A stretch of 64,000 nucleotides of DNA, from contig CAVTRY010000017.1 of the NCBI GenBank assembly GCA_963737265.1, forward strand, positions 1-64,000, read 5' to 3'. The stretch is from an uncultured delta proteobacterium. GTDB taxonomy: Bacteria > Myxococcota_A > Polyangia > Fen-1088. The notes under the pieces are model-generated. The model did no database searches and was not told where the DNA came from. It saw nothing but the letters and a program-made list of their open reading frames with translations. Both the position numbers and the translations under genes were made by a program. Positions within the stretch are counted from its first letter, which is position 1. Every line of letters starts with the position of its first letter. This document shows, in pieces, positions 30,362 to 41,048 of this stretch.

Positions 30362-32078
30362 TGACGGCTAAGGAGTTAACCGCCGGCGACTTGCGCGCAG
30401 CCTTGGTCGCCGGGTATGCGTGCACGGCGGCCTGGGCGGAGCTGCTCGATCGCATCAACGTGTTTCCCGTCGCCGATGGGGACACGGGTCGAAACATGGT
30501 GATCAGCCTGGCGCCGCTTCGCGATCGGGAGGCGAGTGGCGCCGTCGTCGCCGAACGCCTGTTGCTGTCGGCGCGGGGGAACTCGGGCAACATCGCCTGC
30601 GCTTTCGTGCGCGCCCTGCTCGATGGTGGCGCCGGCGAGAGTCTGGCCGCGCGCTGTGTGCGCGGGGCTGACCTTGCTCGCCGGGCGGTCGCCGTTCCCC
30701 AACTCGGGACCATGCTTACCGTTCTCGGCGCGCTTGCGCAGGCGGCGGAAACGGGCTTGTCCCGCGATGGGTTGGAGGAGCACCTGTTGCGCCTGGCCGA
30801 GGTCGTGAGCGAGACCATCCATGCGCAAGCTGCCTTACGGTCGTCCAACGTGGTGGACAGCGGTGCGCTCGGAATACTGGTTTTTCTCGACGGGATGTTG
30901 CGTCTGTACTTTGGCGTCGGCCAGGCTGGGGCCGTACTGGCCGAACGGTTCCGTTCCTTGATCTCGTTCGAGCGTGGTCGGACGCGAGACGAATCTGAAA
31001 CCGGATTCTGCGTCGATGCAGTCGTGCGCGGCCCGCGTCCGCCGGACGCTGCGCTGTCCCACATTGGCGGCGAGGTCGTGGTCCTGCACGAGGGCGATCT
31101 GTGGAAAATCCATCTGCACGCGCCCGACGTCGACGTGGCTAGGGCGGCGCTTGGCGAGCTGGGAGAGATCGTGCGCTGGTCGTGGGACGACCTGCACGAG
31201 CAGATGTCGATCCGGCCGGCCGCGGGCAACGGCGACGATGTCCACATCATGACGGACGGTGCGGCATCGCTGTCCCGCCGCGACGCCGAGGCGCTCGGGA
31301 TCACCCTGCTCGACAGCCACATCAACCTGGGCGATCTGTCGCTGCCCGAGACACGCCTGGCGCCCGATGATTTGTACCACGCCATGCGACGTGGGGTGCG
31401 CGTGTCGACTTCGCAGGCGTCGACCTTCGAACGTCACAAGCACTACGAACGGGTGACGTCCCAGTGGCCGAGCGCGCTCTATTTGTGCGTGGGATCGGTC
31501 TACACTGGAAACCACGCCGTGGCGCTCGATTGGCGATCGTCGCACCCCGCGGGCGCGCGCATGACCCTGCTCGAACTCGGGGGCGGCGTCCGGCAAGCTG
31601 GCGGTGGTGGCGCGCGCCACGGCGCTGGCGGCCCGAGGTGGCAGGCCCGTCGCAGCGCTGGCCGAGCTCGCCCGGGCGGCGCTGGCGCGCGCCGAAGAGT
31701 ACATCTTTCTCGATCGCCTCGAATACCTGGCGCGGGGAGGTCGCATGTCCAAGGCCGGCGCGCTTTTCGGGGACGCCTTGCACTTGGCACCGGTTGTTTC
31801 GCCCATGCCCGACGGCGCTCGCAAGATGGCGTTGCTGCGCAAACCGGAAGACAAGGTCGCTTTCGCGTGCGAGCGCGCTCGGCAAGCGCTTGAAGCAACG
31901 GCCGGTCGGGGCTACCTACTCGTCGAGCACTCCGACAACCGCCCGTGGGTTGCCGAAAACGTGTTGCCACGTCTGCGGGCGGCGCTGCCAGACGCGGAGA
32001 TTGCGGTCGGGGCGCTGTCGCTCACCACCGGCGCCCACACCGGCCCCGGCACATGGGCGCTTGCCATCCTGCCCGGGC
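30264..32078. repeat. 1.8 kb direct repeat, copy 1
   Basis: Near-identical to 37140-38953 (about five differences seen). Confidence 0.95.
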
Positions 32079-32089
32079 TGCGCCCTTGA
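30361..32089 (+). pseudogene. DAK2-DegV fusion (FakA/FakB-like), copy 1, frameshifted at ~31575
   Basis: INVFPVADGDTG, ARGNSG, VVDSGA, KIHLH, STSQ; one extra A versus copy 2; 3' end altered at a junction. Confidence 0.8.
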
Positions 32090-32109
32090 CCGCTGCCTTG
32101 CACCGGCTA

Positions 32110-32375
32110 GCGCCCCGAGCTCTACCGCCGACTTGCCCAAGCCGCCAACGAGGACGATGTGCGCCCCATCGGGGCCGAGCTCGAAGATCGCTACGGCCGT
32201 CTGCCCGAGGAGGCGCGGCTCCTGCGCGAAGTCATGATCGACAAGACCCTCGTGCGCAAGATCGGCGCGCGCGCCTACGAGCTCGGCCCCGCGCGCATGG
32301 TGATTTCCATTAGCGCCGATCCACGCCTGGATCCAGCCAAGGTGATGAAGCTCATCCAGCGCAAAGACAGTCGCT
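32110..32375 (+). pseudogene. Fragment of the Mfd C-terminal (TRCF) domain
   Basis: ELYRRLAQAANEDD...ELEDRYGRLPEEARLL. Confidence 0.65.
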
Positions 32376-32767
32376 GCGGCTGGGGAACGAAATATGCGTC
32401 CGTATTTGCGCAAGGCACGGCAAGGGTGGTGGACGACGACCACCAGCGGCGCCATGGCATCGACGTGCTCATGGCCCACTACGAGCGGCTGTGGGGCGCC
32501 CCCGAAGGCGTCGAGCCCGGCGTCGCCTTGCCCATCGACGAGAATCTACTCGGGTGCACGCAGGTGTTTTGCATGGACGTGGAACACCTGAAGAACTGTC
32601 CAAAAATTGGACAGGTCATCAGCAGCCGAGCCAAGGGCTCGGCCGCAGGTGGGGTGAAGTCCGCGAATTTACTTCGCGGACGAGGGGAGGGCAGCGGCCC
32701 TCCCTTCAAAAATCTTCAAGACGGGTCCATTTATGGACACGTCTTGAGCGCAAAGCGGAGGGCGTAA
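32375..32767 (+). pseudogene. 3' fragment of a pyridoxamine-5'-phosphate-oxidase/NimA-like gene with in-frame MITE insert
   Basis: CGWGTKYASVFAQGTARVV...LMAHY...VFCMDVEHL[insert]SAKRRA*. Confidence 0.6.
32592..32744. mobile_element. 153-bp MITE-like element with imperfect TIRs and TGA target duplication
   Basis: TIRs AGAACTGTCCAAAAAT / rc AGACGTGTCCATAAAT; TGA at 32589 and 32745; partial copies at 14897 and 15300. Confidence 0.8.
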
Positions 32768-32809
32768 GAACGTGTGGTAGAAATCCCAGGTAGCCGGAGC
32801 TTGTCGTCC

Positions 32810-33919
32810 ATGCCCACGAAGTCCAAAGTCGCGATCCTACGCACCCGCCCCGAAACCGTTCTTGCCGACTATCAACGTCTGTTCGAACTCGCCGGAGGAC
32901 CGCAGGCGCTGGCGCCAAACATGCCCACGATTCTCAAGGACAACATCTCGTGGCACTTCCCGATGCCGAGCGCCAACACGACGCCGTGGCAACTCGAAGG
33001 GACAGTACTCGCGCTTCGCAAGGCAGGCTACACCGATCTGATCTGCGTGCAGAACAAGACGGTGGTCATCGACGTCTTCAAGGGCGAGGACCTCAACGGG
33101 TACCTGCCCATCTTCAAGCACTACGGGATCCCGGTGAAGTACAACTTCAAGCCGGAGGACATGAAGTGGATCCCCTTTCATCCAAAGGGCGAGCTGCTTG
33201 CCCTGCACAAGATCTTTCCCGAGGGGCTGCACATTCCAGACTTCTTCGCCGGTAAGAACATCGTCCATCTGCCCACGACCAAGTGCCACCTGTACACGAC
33301 CACAACGGGCGCGATGAAGAACGCCTTCGGGGGACTTCTCAACACCCACCGGCACTACACGCACACCTGGATTCACGAGACGCTCGTGGACCTGCTCACG
33401 ATCCAGAAGGAGATCCACACCGGACTCTTCGCGGTGATGGACGGCACGACCGCGGGCAACGGGCCCGGTCCCCGCACCATGCATCCGGAGGTCAAGAACG
33501 TCATATTAGCGTCGGCCGACCAGGTCGCTATCGATGCGATCGCAGCCAAGATCATGGGCATGGATCCCCTCAGCATCGCGTACATCCGACTCGCGCATGA
33601 GCGCGGCCTCGGTGTGGGCGACCCGCGCGATATCGAGATCGTGGGTGACGTCGACGCTGCCCAAGAGAACTGGGGCTTCAAGGTTGGTAGCAACTTCCAC
33701 GGGTTCCTCGCCTGGCTGGCCTGGTTCGGTCCGACCAAGTTCTTGCAACCGCTCATCATGCGAACCCCGCTGGTCAAGTTCCCGATCTTCGTGTCCGAGT
33801 TCAACCACGACTACGTCCAATGGCCTGCGCGATACAAGCGCATTGCCCAAGAATGGCAAGCTGGAACTCCCTGGGGCCAGCTTTTCACGTGCTATCAGAA
33901 AGAGGGCCATCTGGGCTAG
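32810..33919 (+). CDS. DUF362 domain protein
   Basis: ILKDNISW, NTTPWQLEG, LPTTKCH.YTTTTGAMKNAFG, SADQVAIDA. Confidence 0.8.
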   Translation: MPTKSKVAILRTRPETVLADYQRLFELAGGPQALAPNMPTILKDNISWHFPMPSANTTPWQLEGTVLALRKAGYTDLICVQNKTVVIDVFKGEDLNGYLPIFKHYGIPVKYNFKPEDMKWIPFHPKGELLALHKIFPEGLHIPDFFAGKNIVHLPTTKCHLYTTTTGAMKNAFGGLLNTHRHYTHTWIHETLVDLLTIQKEIHTGLFAVMDGTTAGNGPGPRTMHPEVKNVILASADQVAIDAIAAKIMGMDPLSIAYIRLAHERGLGVGDPRDIEIVGDVDAAQENWGFKVGSNFHGFLAWLAWFGPTKFLQPLIMRTPLVKFPIFVSEFNHDYVQWPARYKRIAQEWQAGTPWGQLFTCYQKEGHLG

Positions 33920-34006
33920 CAACCCTGTGGCACTCGCCTTCGATTTCCACCTGCCATTCGCGGTTCGCAAACGTGGCGGAGGTGTTGGCCGAAGGCATGG
34001 CGTTGT

Positions 34007-35953
34007 TCAGGGACTAGTATTCCCGGAAGGCCCCAGAATGCGTGCGAGATCCGGCCTGTCGATGGTTTCGTGTGCCAGCAGCTCGACGACCAGACTGTCC
34101 AGGGCCGAGCGATGGTCTGCGATGACCTTTCGAGCTTCCTCCTGGGCTTTCACCAAGATCTTGCGCGCTTCTTGCTCGATCATGTGAACGGTGGCGTCAC
34201 TCGTGCCGCCGTCCGCTGCGAGCGTCTGTCCAAGAAAGGGATGCTCCGTCCTGTGCTCGTAGAAAACCGGACCGACGCTCTCCGACATTCCGAAGTGCGC
34301 GACCATCTTGAGGGCGAGATCCGTGGCTGTCTTGAGGTCGCTTTCCGCTCCGGACGACGGAGTGCCAAAAACCACGGTCTCGGCTGCGTGGCCGCCCATG
34401 AGCACGCGCAGGCGCGCCTCGATCTCGGGAAGGGTCATGAGGTGCTTGTCCGCGGAAGGAGTCTGGTGCGTAACTCCGAGAGCCATTCCGCGTGGCAGGA
34501 TGCTGACTCGATCGAGCGGCTCAGCGTGCTCGGTGAAGTGGGCGAGCACCGCGTGCCCCGACTCGTGAACGGCAACCCGGCGTTTTTCCACGACGTCGAG
34601 CCGTGTCTCCCGAACGTCACCGAGTACGATTTTGTCGTAAGCTTCGGCAAAGTCATCGGCGCGAATCATCTCGGCGTGGCGCCTGGTTGCGGAAAGAGCG
34701 GCTTCGTTGACCAGATTGGCCAGGTCGGCACCCGAGAAACCGGGCGTATTGTCGGCCAGGGAGTCCAGATCGACATCGGCGGCGAGCGGCTTGTTACGAC
34801 CGTGAACGTCCAGGATGGCCCGCCGTGCGGCGCGCTCGGGTCGGTCGACGAGGACTCGGCGATCGAATCGCCCCGGACGCAGAAGCGCGGGATCGAGCAC
34901 GTCGGGGCGGTTGGTCGCCGCCAGCACGATGGTCAGCTCGTTGCGAACGAAGCCGTCCATCTCCGACAGTAGTTGGTTGAGGGTTTGTTCCCGCTCGTCG
35001 TGGCCTCCACCGAAGCCTGTTCCGCGCGAGCGGCCTACAGCGTCGATCTCGTCGATGAACACGATCGATGGCGCCACCTTCTTGGCCTCTTCAAAAAGCG
35101 AGCGCACACGCGATGCCCCTACGCCGACGAAAAGCTCGATAAATTCCGAGGCGCTGATAGAGAAGAATGGGACTCCAGCCTCGCCCGCCACGGCGCGCGC
35201 CAACATGGTCTTTCCCGTTCCGGGTGGCCCCACCAGCAGGACCCCGCGCGGCACTTTCACGCCGAGGCGCTGAAAGCGCTCCGGCTCCTTGAGAAACTCG
35301 ACGATCTCGCCAAGGTCCTGTTTCGCAGCCTTGAGTCCGGCGACATCGTCGAACCTGATGGCAACCTGAGCTTCTTTTTCGTAGCGGCGCATGCGCCCCT
35401 TGGTGATCGCCGCCAGCGGGCCCTTTGACAGCATGCCTTGGGCACGGCGCGAGATCCAAAACCATGCGCCAAGGATCATGATCCAGGGCAACGCCCCCAG
35501 CAGAAGCTGAACGGCCAGCGGCTGTTCTTCGCTCTGGACGGTGAGCCTCACACCTTTTTGGCGCAAGAGCGGCAGCAGGTCGCGATCTTCCTGGGAAGGT
35601 AGCACTGTCGCAAAGCCGGTGATGGACTTCCCTTCGACGGTCTCGCGACCCTTGAGCGTGCCGGTAAGGGCTTGCCCCTTGAGCGTGGCGTTCACAACCT
35701 TACCGTCCGAGACGAAACGGTAGAAGTCGGAGTAAGCGATGTTGGGGCGTTTCTCTTCCCGGGAAGAGAAGTACTGGACCCACATCAAACCGGCGAGAAT
35801 CACGAACGGAATGACCCAGCTTCTCCAGGACACTCCCGGCACCTTGGGACCGGTTGGGGTGCCTGATGGCGGTGATTCTGGCGGGCTAGGGTTCGCCATG
35901 TTCGCACCAACGATAGCCCGGGTTGTGGTCGGGATCATGTCCTTTCGGGTCAT
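34007..35953 (-). CDS. ftsH: ATP-dependent zinc metalloprotease FtsH (paralog)
   Basis: [41 protein letters not shown]; start may be 35899. Confidence 0.95.
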   Translation of the reverse strand: MTRKDMIPTTTRAIVGANMANPSPPESPPSGTPTGPKVPGVSWRSWVIPFVILAGLMWVQYFSSREEKRPNIAYSDFYRFVSDGKVVNATLKGQALTGTLKGRETVEGKSITGFATVLPSQEDRDLLPLLRQKGVRLTVQSEEQPLAVQLLLGALPWIMILGAWFWISRRAQGMLSKGPLAAITKGRMRRYEKEAQVAIRFDDVAGLKAAKQDLGEIVEFLKEPERFQRLGVKVPRGVLLVGPPGTGKTMLARAVAGEAGVPFFSISASEFIELFVGVGASRVRSLFEEAKKVAPSIVFIDEIDAVGRSRGTGFGGGHDEREQTLNQLLSEMDGFVRNELTIVLAATNRPDVLDPALLRPGRFDRRVLVDRPERAARRAILDVHGRNKPLAADVDLDSLADNTPGFSGADLANLVNEAALSATRRHAEMIRADDFAEAYDKIVLGDVRETRLDVVEKRRVAVHESGHAVLAHFTEHAEPLDRVSILPRGMALGVTHQTPSADKHLMTLPEIEARLRVLMGGHAAETVVFGTPSSGAESDLKTATDLALKMVAHFGMSESVGPVFYEHRTEHPFLGQTLAADGGTSDATVHMIEQEARKILVKAQEEARKVIADHRSALDSLVVELLAHETIDRPDLARILGPSGNTSP

Positions 35954-35992
35954 GAGGTCTTCCTGCCAGCGCCTGGCGGAAGCGTTCGAAGC

Positions 35993-37145
35993 TCAGAAGA
36001 AGCTCGAAAGAGCGAGGTAGTAAAGCCCACCCACAGAGCCGAATTCGCTGCGCAGATCGGGCGTGGCATCGACAAGGAGGATTCTGCCCAAGCCTTGGAA
36101 CGCCCCGAGCGAAAGCGCGGTCTCTTGTGCGATCTGGTAGGCTAAAGCACTGGCGAGCACCACGCTTGGATCCTGCAAATTTCCCAGCGTGGTGAACGAG
36201 AGCTGGAACAGCTCCGAAATCTTCCAGGCCGCGGCGGCACCGGCGTACCAGCGGCCGAGCAGGTAGCTCTCGCCGCGCGCGATCGCCGGCGACGTGGTGA
36301 GATGCGCGACGTAGTCCGAGGCGTGCCCTACGCCGGTCCCGTTGTAGCTCGCTTCCAAGGTCAGTGTGAGCTGGCCGTGCAGCCAGTCCGCTCCGATGGA
36401 GCCGCGCGGACGCAAGAGGTCGCGGCCGTCGAGGTCGTAAGGTCCGCGACCTCGGCGCGCAGCTTGAAGCTGCCAACGACGGCACCGGCTCCCCCGAAGG
36501 CAATAATCTCGCGCCACTGTTTGGTCAGGGCAAAGTAGACATCCACGGCGCGCAGGTAGGCGATGGCGCGCAGGCCGGCAGACAGATCCCCCAGCGTGCC
36601 CCGGTCGGCCACCACGCCCTCGAATTCGAGCGAGGACGAATGGGAGTAGAGAAGGCGAAGCGCATCGACGCCGCGCTTTTGCGAGGTATCGAGCTCGAAC
36701 GGGCTGAAGGTGGTCCACAGATCCGCGATGGGGAACAGCGAGGCGAAGCCCCAGGTGATGGCCTGGCGGCCCAGGCTAAGGTCGAAATTCCCTAGCTCGG
36801 CACGCATGGCCATGCGATCGATGTCGTGCTCGAGCAGCAGGCGATCCTCGTCGTAGGCCACCGAGCGGAGGTTGACCGTCCGCCGTGGCACGGCGCTGGC
36901 ACCGATGCCCAGCTTCTGGCCGCCGAGCACGAGCGCTTCGCTGCTGACACGCAAGAAGAGGCGTTGGTGGAGCTCAGCCGTGACGTGCTCGCCGATGTCT
37001 GCCTTCCATTCCAAACGCAGCAGGGTCTCGGAAAGCCCGAGATGATCGGGCGGGGCCGGCGACGGTGCACCAGGCCCGAGGTCGAACCTCAACTGTTGCA
37101 ACCCGCCGAGCGTGAACGCATACCCGCCGAGAGACAGCTCCGAAC
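35993..37145 (-). pseudogene. Hypothetical outer-membrane beta-barrel-like protein; 5'-truncated, frameshift at ~36410
   Basis: DIDRM...LGRQAITWG...KRGVDALR continues in a second frame to GGLYYLALSSFF. Confidence 0.55.
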
Positions 37146-38953
37146 AGGCCGGGGTTCGCCTGGCGGACGGAACGCTCGAGCTGCGCTTGCCGGAAACCAT
37201 GCGACGCGCGCTTGGCTGTGCCCGCGATGGCGGCTGATGACGGCTAAGGAGTTAACCGCCGGCGACTTGCGCGCAGCCTTGGTCGCCGGGTATGCGTGCA
37301 CGGCGGCCTGGGCGGAGCTGCTCGATCGCATCAACGTGTTTCTCGTCGCCGATGGGGACACGGGTCGAAACATGGTGATCAGCCTGGCGCCGCTTCGCGA
37401 TCGGGAGGCGAGTGGCGCCGTCGTCGCCGAACGCCTGTTGCTGTCGGCGCGGGGGAACTCGGGCAACATCGCCTGCGCTTTCGTGCGCGCCCTGCTCGAT
37501 GGTGGCGCCGGCGAGAGTCTGGCCGCGCGCTGTGTGCGCGGGGCTGACCTTGCTCGCCGGGCGGTCGCCGTTCCCCAACTCGGGACCATGCTTACCGTTC
37601 TCGGCGCGCTTGCGCAGGCGGCGGAAACGGGCTTGTCCCGCGATGGGTTGGAGGAGCACCTGTTGCGCCTGGCCGAGGTCGTGAGCGAGACCGTCCATGC
37701 GCAAGCTGCCTTACGGTCGTCCAACGTGGTGGACAGCGGTGCGCTCGGAATACTGGTTTTTCTCGACGGGATGTTGCGTCTGTACTTTGGCGTCGGCCAG
37801 GCTGGGGCCGTACTGGCCGAACGGTTCCGTTCCTTGATCTCGTTCGAGCGTGGTCGGACGCGAGACGAATCTGAAACCGGATTCTGCGTCGATGCAGTCG
37901 TGCGCGGCCCGCGTCCGCCGGACGCTGCGCTGTCCCACATTGGCGGCGAGGTCGTGGTCCTGCACGAGGGCGATCTGTGGAAAATCCATCTGCACGCGCC
38001 CGACGTCGACGTGGCTAGGGCGGCGCTTGGCGAGCTGGGAGAGATCGTGCGCTGGTCGTGGGACGACCTGCACGAGCAGATGTCGATCCGGCCGGCCGCG
38101 GGCAACGGCGACGATGTCCACATCATGACGGACGGTGCGGCATCGCTGTCCCGCCGCGACGCCGAGGCGCTCGGGATCACCCTGCTCGACAGCCACATCA
38201 ACCTGGGCGATCTGTCGCTGCCCGAGACACGCCTGGCGCCCGATGATTTGTACCACGCCATGCGACGTGGGGTGCGCGTGTCGACTTCGCAGGCGTCGAC
38301 CTTCGAACGTCACAAGCACTACGAACGGGTGACGTCCCAGTGGCCGAGCGCGCTCTATTTGTGCGTGGGATCGGTCTACACTGGAAACCACGCCGTGGCG
38401 CTCGATTGGCGATCGTCGCACCCCGCGGGCGCGCGCATGACCCTGCTCGACTCGGGGGCGGCGTCCGGCAAGCTGGCGGTGGTGGCGCGCGCCACGGCGC
38501 TGGCGGCCCGAGGTGGCAGGCCCGTCGCAGCGCTGGCCGAGCTCGCCCGGGCGGCGCTGGCGCGCGCCGAAGAGTACATCTTTCTCGATCGCCTCGAATA
38601 CCTGGCGCGGGGAGGTCGCATGTCCAAGGCCGGCGCGCTTTTCGGGGACGCCTTGCACTTGGCACCGGTTGTTTCGCCCATGCCCGACGGCGCTCGCAAG
38701 ATGGCGTTGCTGCGCAAACCGGAAGACAAGGTCGCTTTCGCGTGCGAGCGCGCTCGGCAAGCGCTTGAAGCAACGGCCGGTCGGGGCTACCTACTCGTCG
38801 AGCACTCCGACAACCGCCCGTGGGTTGCCGAAAACGTGTTGCCACGTCTGCGGGCGGCGCTGCCAGACGCGGAGATTGCGGTCGGGGCGCTGTCGCTCAC
38901 CACCGGCGCCCACACCGGCCCCGGCACATGGGCGCTTGCCATCCTGCCCGGGC
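37140..38953. repeat. 1.8 kb direct repeat, copy 2
   Basis: Near-identical to 30264-32078. Confidence 0.95.
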
Positions 38954-38970
38954 CCCTGCAAGGCGCGTGA
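37237..38970 (+). CDS. DAK2-DegV fusion protein, copy 2, full-length
   Basis: Intact frame; DAK2 motif reads NVFLVADGDTG (P>L versus copy 1); DegV motifs STSQ, DS.AASG, YLARGGR, GAHTGPG. Confidence 0.85.
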   Translation: MTAKELTAGDLRAALVAGYACTAAWAELLDRINVFLVADGDTGRNMVISLAPLRDREASGAVVAERLLLSARGNSGNIACAFVRALLDGGAGESLAARCVRGADLARRAVAVPQLGTMLTVLGALAQAAETGLSRDGLEEHLLRLAEVVSETVHAQAALRSSNVVDSGALGILVFLDGMLRLYFGVGQAGAVLAERFRSLISFERGRTRDESETGFCVDAVVRGPRPPDAALSHIGGEVVVLHEGDLWKIHLHAPDVDVARAALGELGEIVRWSWDDLHEQMSIRPAAGNGDDVHIMTDGAASLSRRDAEALGITLLDSHINLGDLSLPETRLAPDDLYHAMRRGVRVSTSQASTFERHKHYERVTSQWPSALYLCVGSVYTGNHAVALDWRSSHPAGARMTLLDSGAASGKLAVVARATALAARGGRPVAALAELARAALARAEEYIFLDRLEYLARGGRMSKAGALFGDALHLAPVVSPMPDGARKMALLRKPEDKVAFACERARQALEATAGRGYLLVEHSDNRPWVAENVLPRLRAALPDAEIAVGALSLTTGAHTGPGTWALAILPGPLQGA

Positions 38971-39006
38971 CAGGGGCACCCAACCCCTGGCATTCTCGGC
39001 GGGCAC

Positions 39007-40242
39007 ATGACCAGAGGAAATCGCGTCGTGGTTACGGGAATGGGCCTGCGCTCGCCACTCGGGCACACGCCGGCAGCCCTGCGCGTGGGGTTGCTTGAAG
39101 GACGCAGCGGTGTGCGCGCCATGCCCGAATGGGCGGCGCTCGAAGGCCTGCGCACGCGCGTCGGCGCGGCCTGCGACGGCGTCGATGCCAACGAAATTCC
39201 CCGCAAGTTCAGCCGCACCATGGGGCGGGTCGGAATCTTGGCGGCGCTTTCCGTACGCGATGCCATCGCGGATGCAGGATTGCCAGCCGATCTAGTCGCA
39301 TCGCCCTCGTGCGGAGTTGCCTTCGGCTCGACCGCGGGCGGCTCTGCGGCCCAAGAGGATTTCCTGCGACCCATCCTTCAGGACAAGTCGATTCGCGGCC
39401 TTCTCGCCTCGTCCTACTTGCAGTTCATGAGCCATACCTGTGCGGCCAACATCGCCCTCATGTTCGGCTGCAAAGGGCCGGTCATCGCATCGTGCACGGC
39501 GTGCACATCGGGATCGCAGGGCATCGGTATAGGTTACGAACAGGTCCGCTTTGGCCGCGTGCCCGTCTGTGTCGCCGGCGGCGCGGAAGAGCTGCACATC
39601 CTTCACGCGGGGATCTTCGACATCATGCGGGCGACGTCGGCCGGCTTCACCGCGACCCCCGACCAAACCCCGCGACCGTTCGACCGCCGGCGCGATGGCT
39701 TGGTCGTCGGCGAAGGCGCGGGCTGCCTGGTGCTCGAGCAATACGAGCACGCGCGTCGTCGCGGTGCCGTCGTCCACGCCGAGATCATCGGCTACGGCTC
39801 GGGCTGCAACGGCACGCACCCGACCAATTCCGATCCGGAAGGGATCTGCATCGCGGTAAACGCAGCCCTGCGCGACGCCGAGCTGACAGCGACCGACGTT
39901 CAGCATATCAATGCGCACGCCACGGGGACCGACATCGGCGACGCCGCCGAGGCAGAAGCTATGCACCGCATCTTCGGCGCCAAGGTGCCGGTGAGCGCGC
40001 TCAAGGGTTACCTCGGCCACACCTTGGGCGCGAGTGGCGCGCTCGAGTCGATAGCGACGATCTTAATGATGAAGAACGGATTCATGGCGGTGTCGAAGAA
40101 CCTCACTGAACCGGATCCGCAATTGCCGCCGCTCGACCACGTGCTCGGCAGTCCCAGGCAGGCTGAGATCAAGATCGCCATGAACAACAACTTCGCGTTT
40201 GGCGGGATCAACACGTCTCTCGTCTTTCGCGCGCTTTCCTGA
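39007..40242 (+). CDS. FabF/FabB-like beta-ketoacyl synthase
   Basis: FMSHTCAAN, TACTSG, GLVVGEGAG, NAHATGT, KGYLGHTLG, NNFAFGG. Confidence 0.93.
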   Translation: MTRGNRVVVTGMGLRSPLGHTPAALRVGLLEGRSGVRAMPEWAALEGLRTRVGAACDGVDANEIPRKFSRTMGRVGILAALSVRDAIADAGLPADLVASPSCGVAFGSTAGGSAAQEDFLRPILQDKSIRGLLASSYLQFMSHTCAANIALMFGCKGPVIASCTACTSGSQGIGIGYEQVRFGRVPVCVAGGAEELHILHAGIFDIMRATSAGFTATPDQTPRPFDRRRDGLVVGEGAGCLVLEQYEHARRRGAVVHAEIIGYGSGCNGTHPTNSDPEGICIAVNAALRDAELTATDVQHINAHATGTDIGDAAEAEAMHRIFGAKVPVSALKGYLGHTLGASGALESIATILMMKNGFMAVSKNLTEPDPQLPPLDHVLGSPRQAEIKIAMNNNFAFGGINTSLVFRALS

Positions 40243-41048
40243 TGCCCACCCCGGCGCCTTCGTGGGACGTTCTGCGTGCTCGCTTCAACGACTGCGGGGC
40301 GCCGTTTGCGTTCGTGATCCCGGTCTACAATCACGCGCACAACGTTCGCTCCGTCGTTCTGGCGGCCGTCGCAAGCGGCGTGCCGGTGGTCGTCGTCGAC
40401 GATGGCTCGACCGACGGCACCGCGCAGGCGCTTGCCGAACCTACCGGCGCGCTGGTTGTGCGCCATGACAGCAATCACGGGAAAGGCGCCGCCATACTCT
40501 CCGGGTTGACCGCTGCCGCTTCGCCTCCCATAGGTGCGCGTTTCGCAGTGACTGTAGATGCCGACGGACAGCACCGTCCCGACGATGCCCGCGACTTGCT
40601 CGCGGCGATTGAAGCGGGCGCCGCACCCTGTCTCGTGCTCGGCTCACGCGTGGGTATGCGCGGGCGCGCGGTACCGTGGAGCAGCCGTTTCGGGCGCGGT
40701 TTTTCGGGCTTCTGGGTTTGGGCTTCGGGCGGACCGTCGGTGTCGGATTCGCAGACCGGCTTTCGCATCTACCCGTTGCCCGAAACGCTGGCACTGGCGA
40801 CGCGGGCGCGCCGATTCGAGTTTGAAGTCGAAGTGCTGGTGCTCGCCCATCGGGCTCGCATCCCGATCTACGAGGTACCGGTGGGCGTGGCCTACGATCC
40901 ACCCGGCGGCCGCGTGTCGCACTTTCGGCCGTGGCGCGATTTTGCCCGCAACGCCGCCACTTTCACGCGCCTGATAGCGACCAGATTTCTGCCCCGTTCG
41001 CTTCTTCGCTCGCCCGTGATGGGCAAGGATGACCGCCATGGCGCGTGA
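40242..41048 (+). CDS. Family 2 glycosyltransferase
   Basis: VIPVYNH, VDDGSTDG, NHGKG, VDADGQH, DSQTGFRIYP, RVSHFRP. Confidence 0.92.
   Translation: MPTPAPSWDVLRARFNDCGAPFAFVIPVYNHAHNVRSVVLAAVASGVPVVVVDDGSTDGTAQALAEPTGALVVRHDSNHGKGAAILSGLTAAASPPIGARFAVTVDADGQHRPDDARDLLAAIEAGAAPCLVLGSRVGMRGRAVPWSSRFGRGFSGFWVWASGGPSVSDSQTGFRIYPLPETLALATRARRFEFEVEVLVLAHRARIPIYEVPVGVAYDPPGGRVSHFRPWRDFARNAATFTRLIATRFLPRSLLRSPVMGKDDRHGA

Noticed and set aside
32159-32767. 202-aa ORF as a novel fusion protein
   Set aside because: Composite of an mfd fragment, a NimA-like fragment and the MITE, probably across a chimeric junction
36826-37236. N-terminal extension of DAK2-DegV copy 2
   Set aside because: Read-through from the antisense neighbour and thioesterase tail; the true start is 37237 by comparison with copy 1
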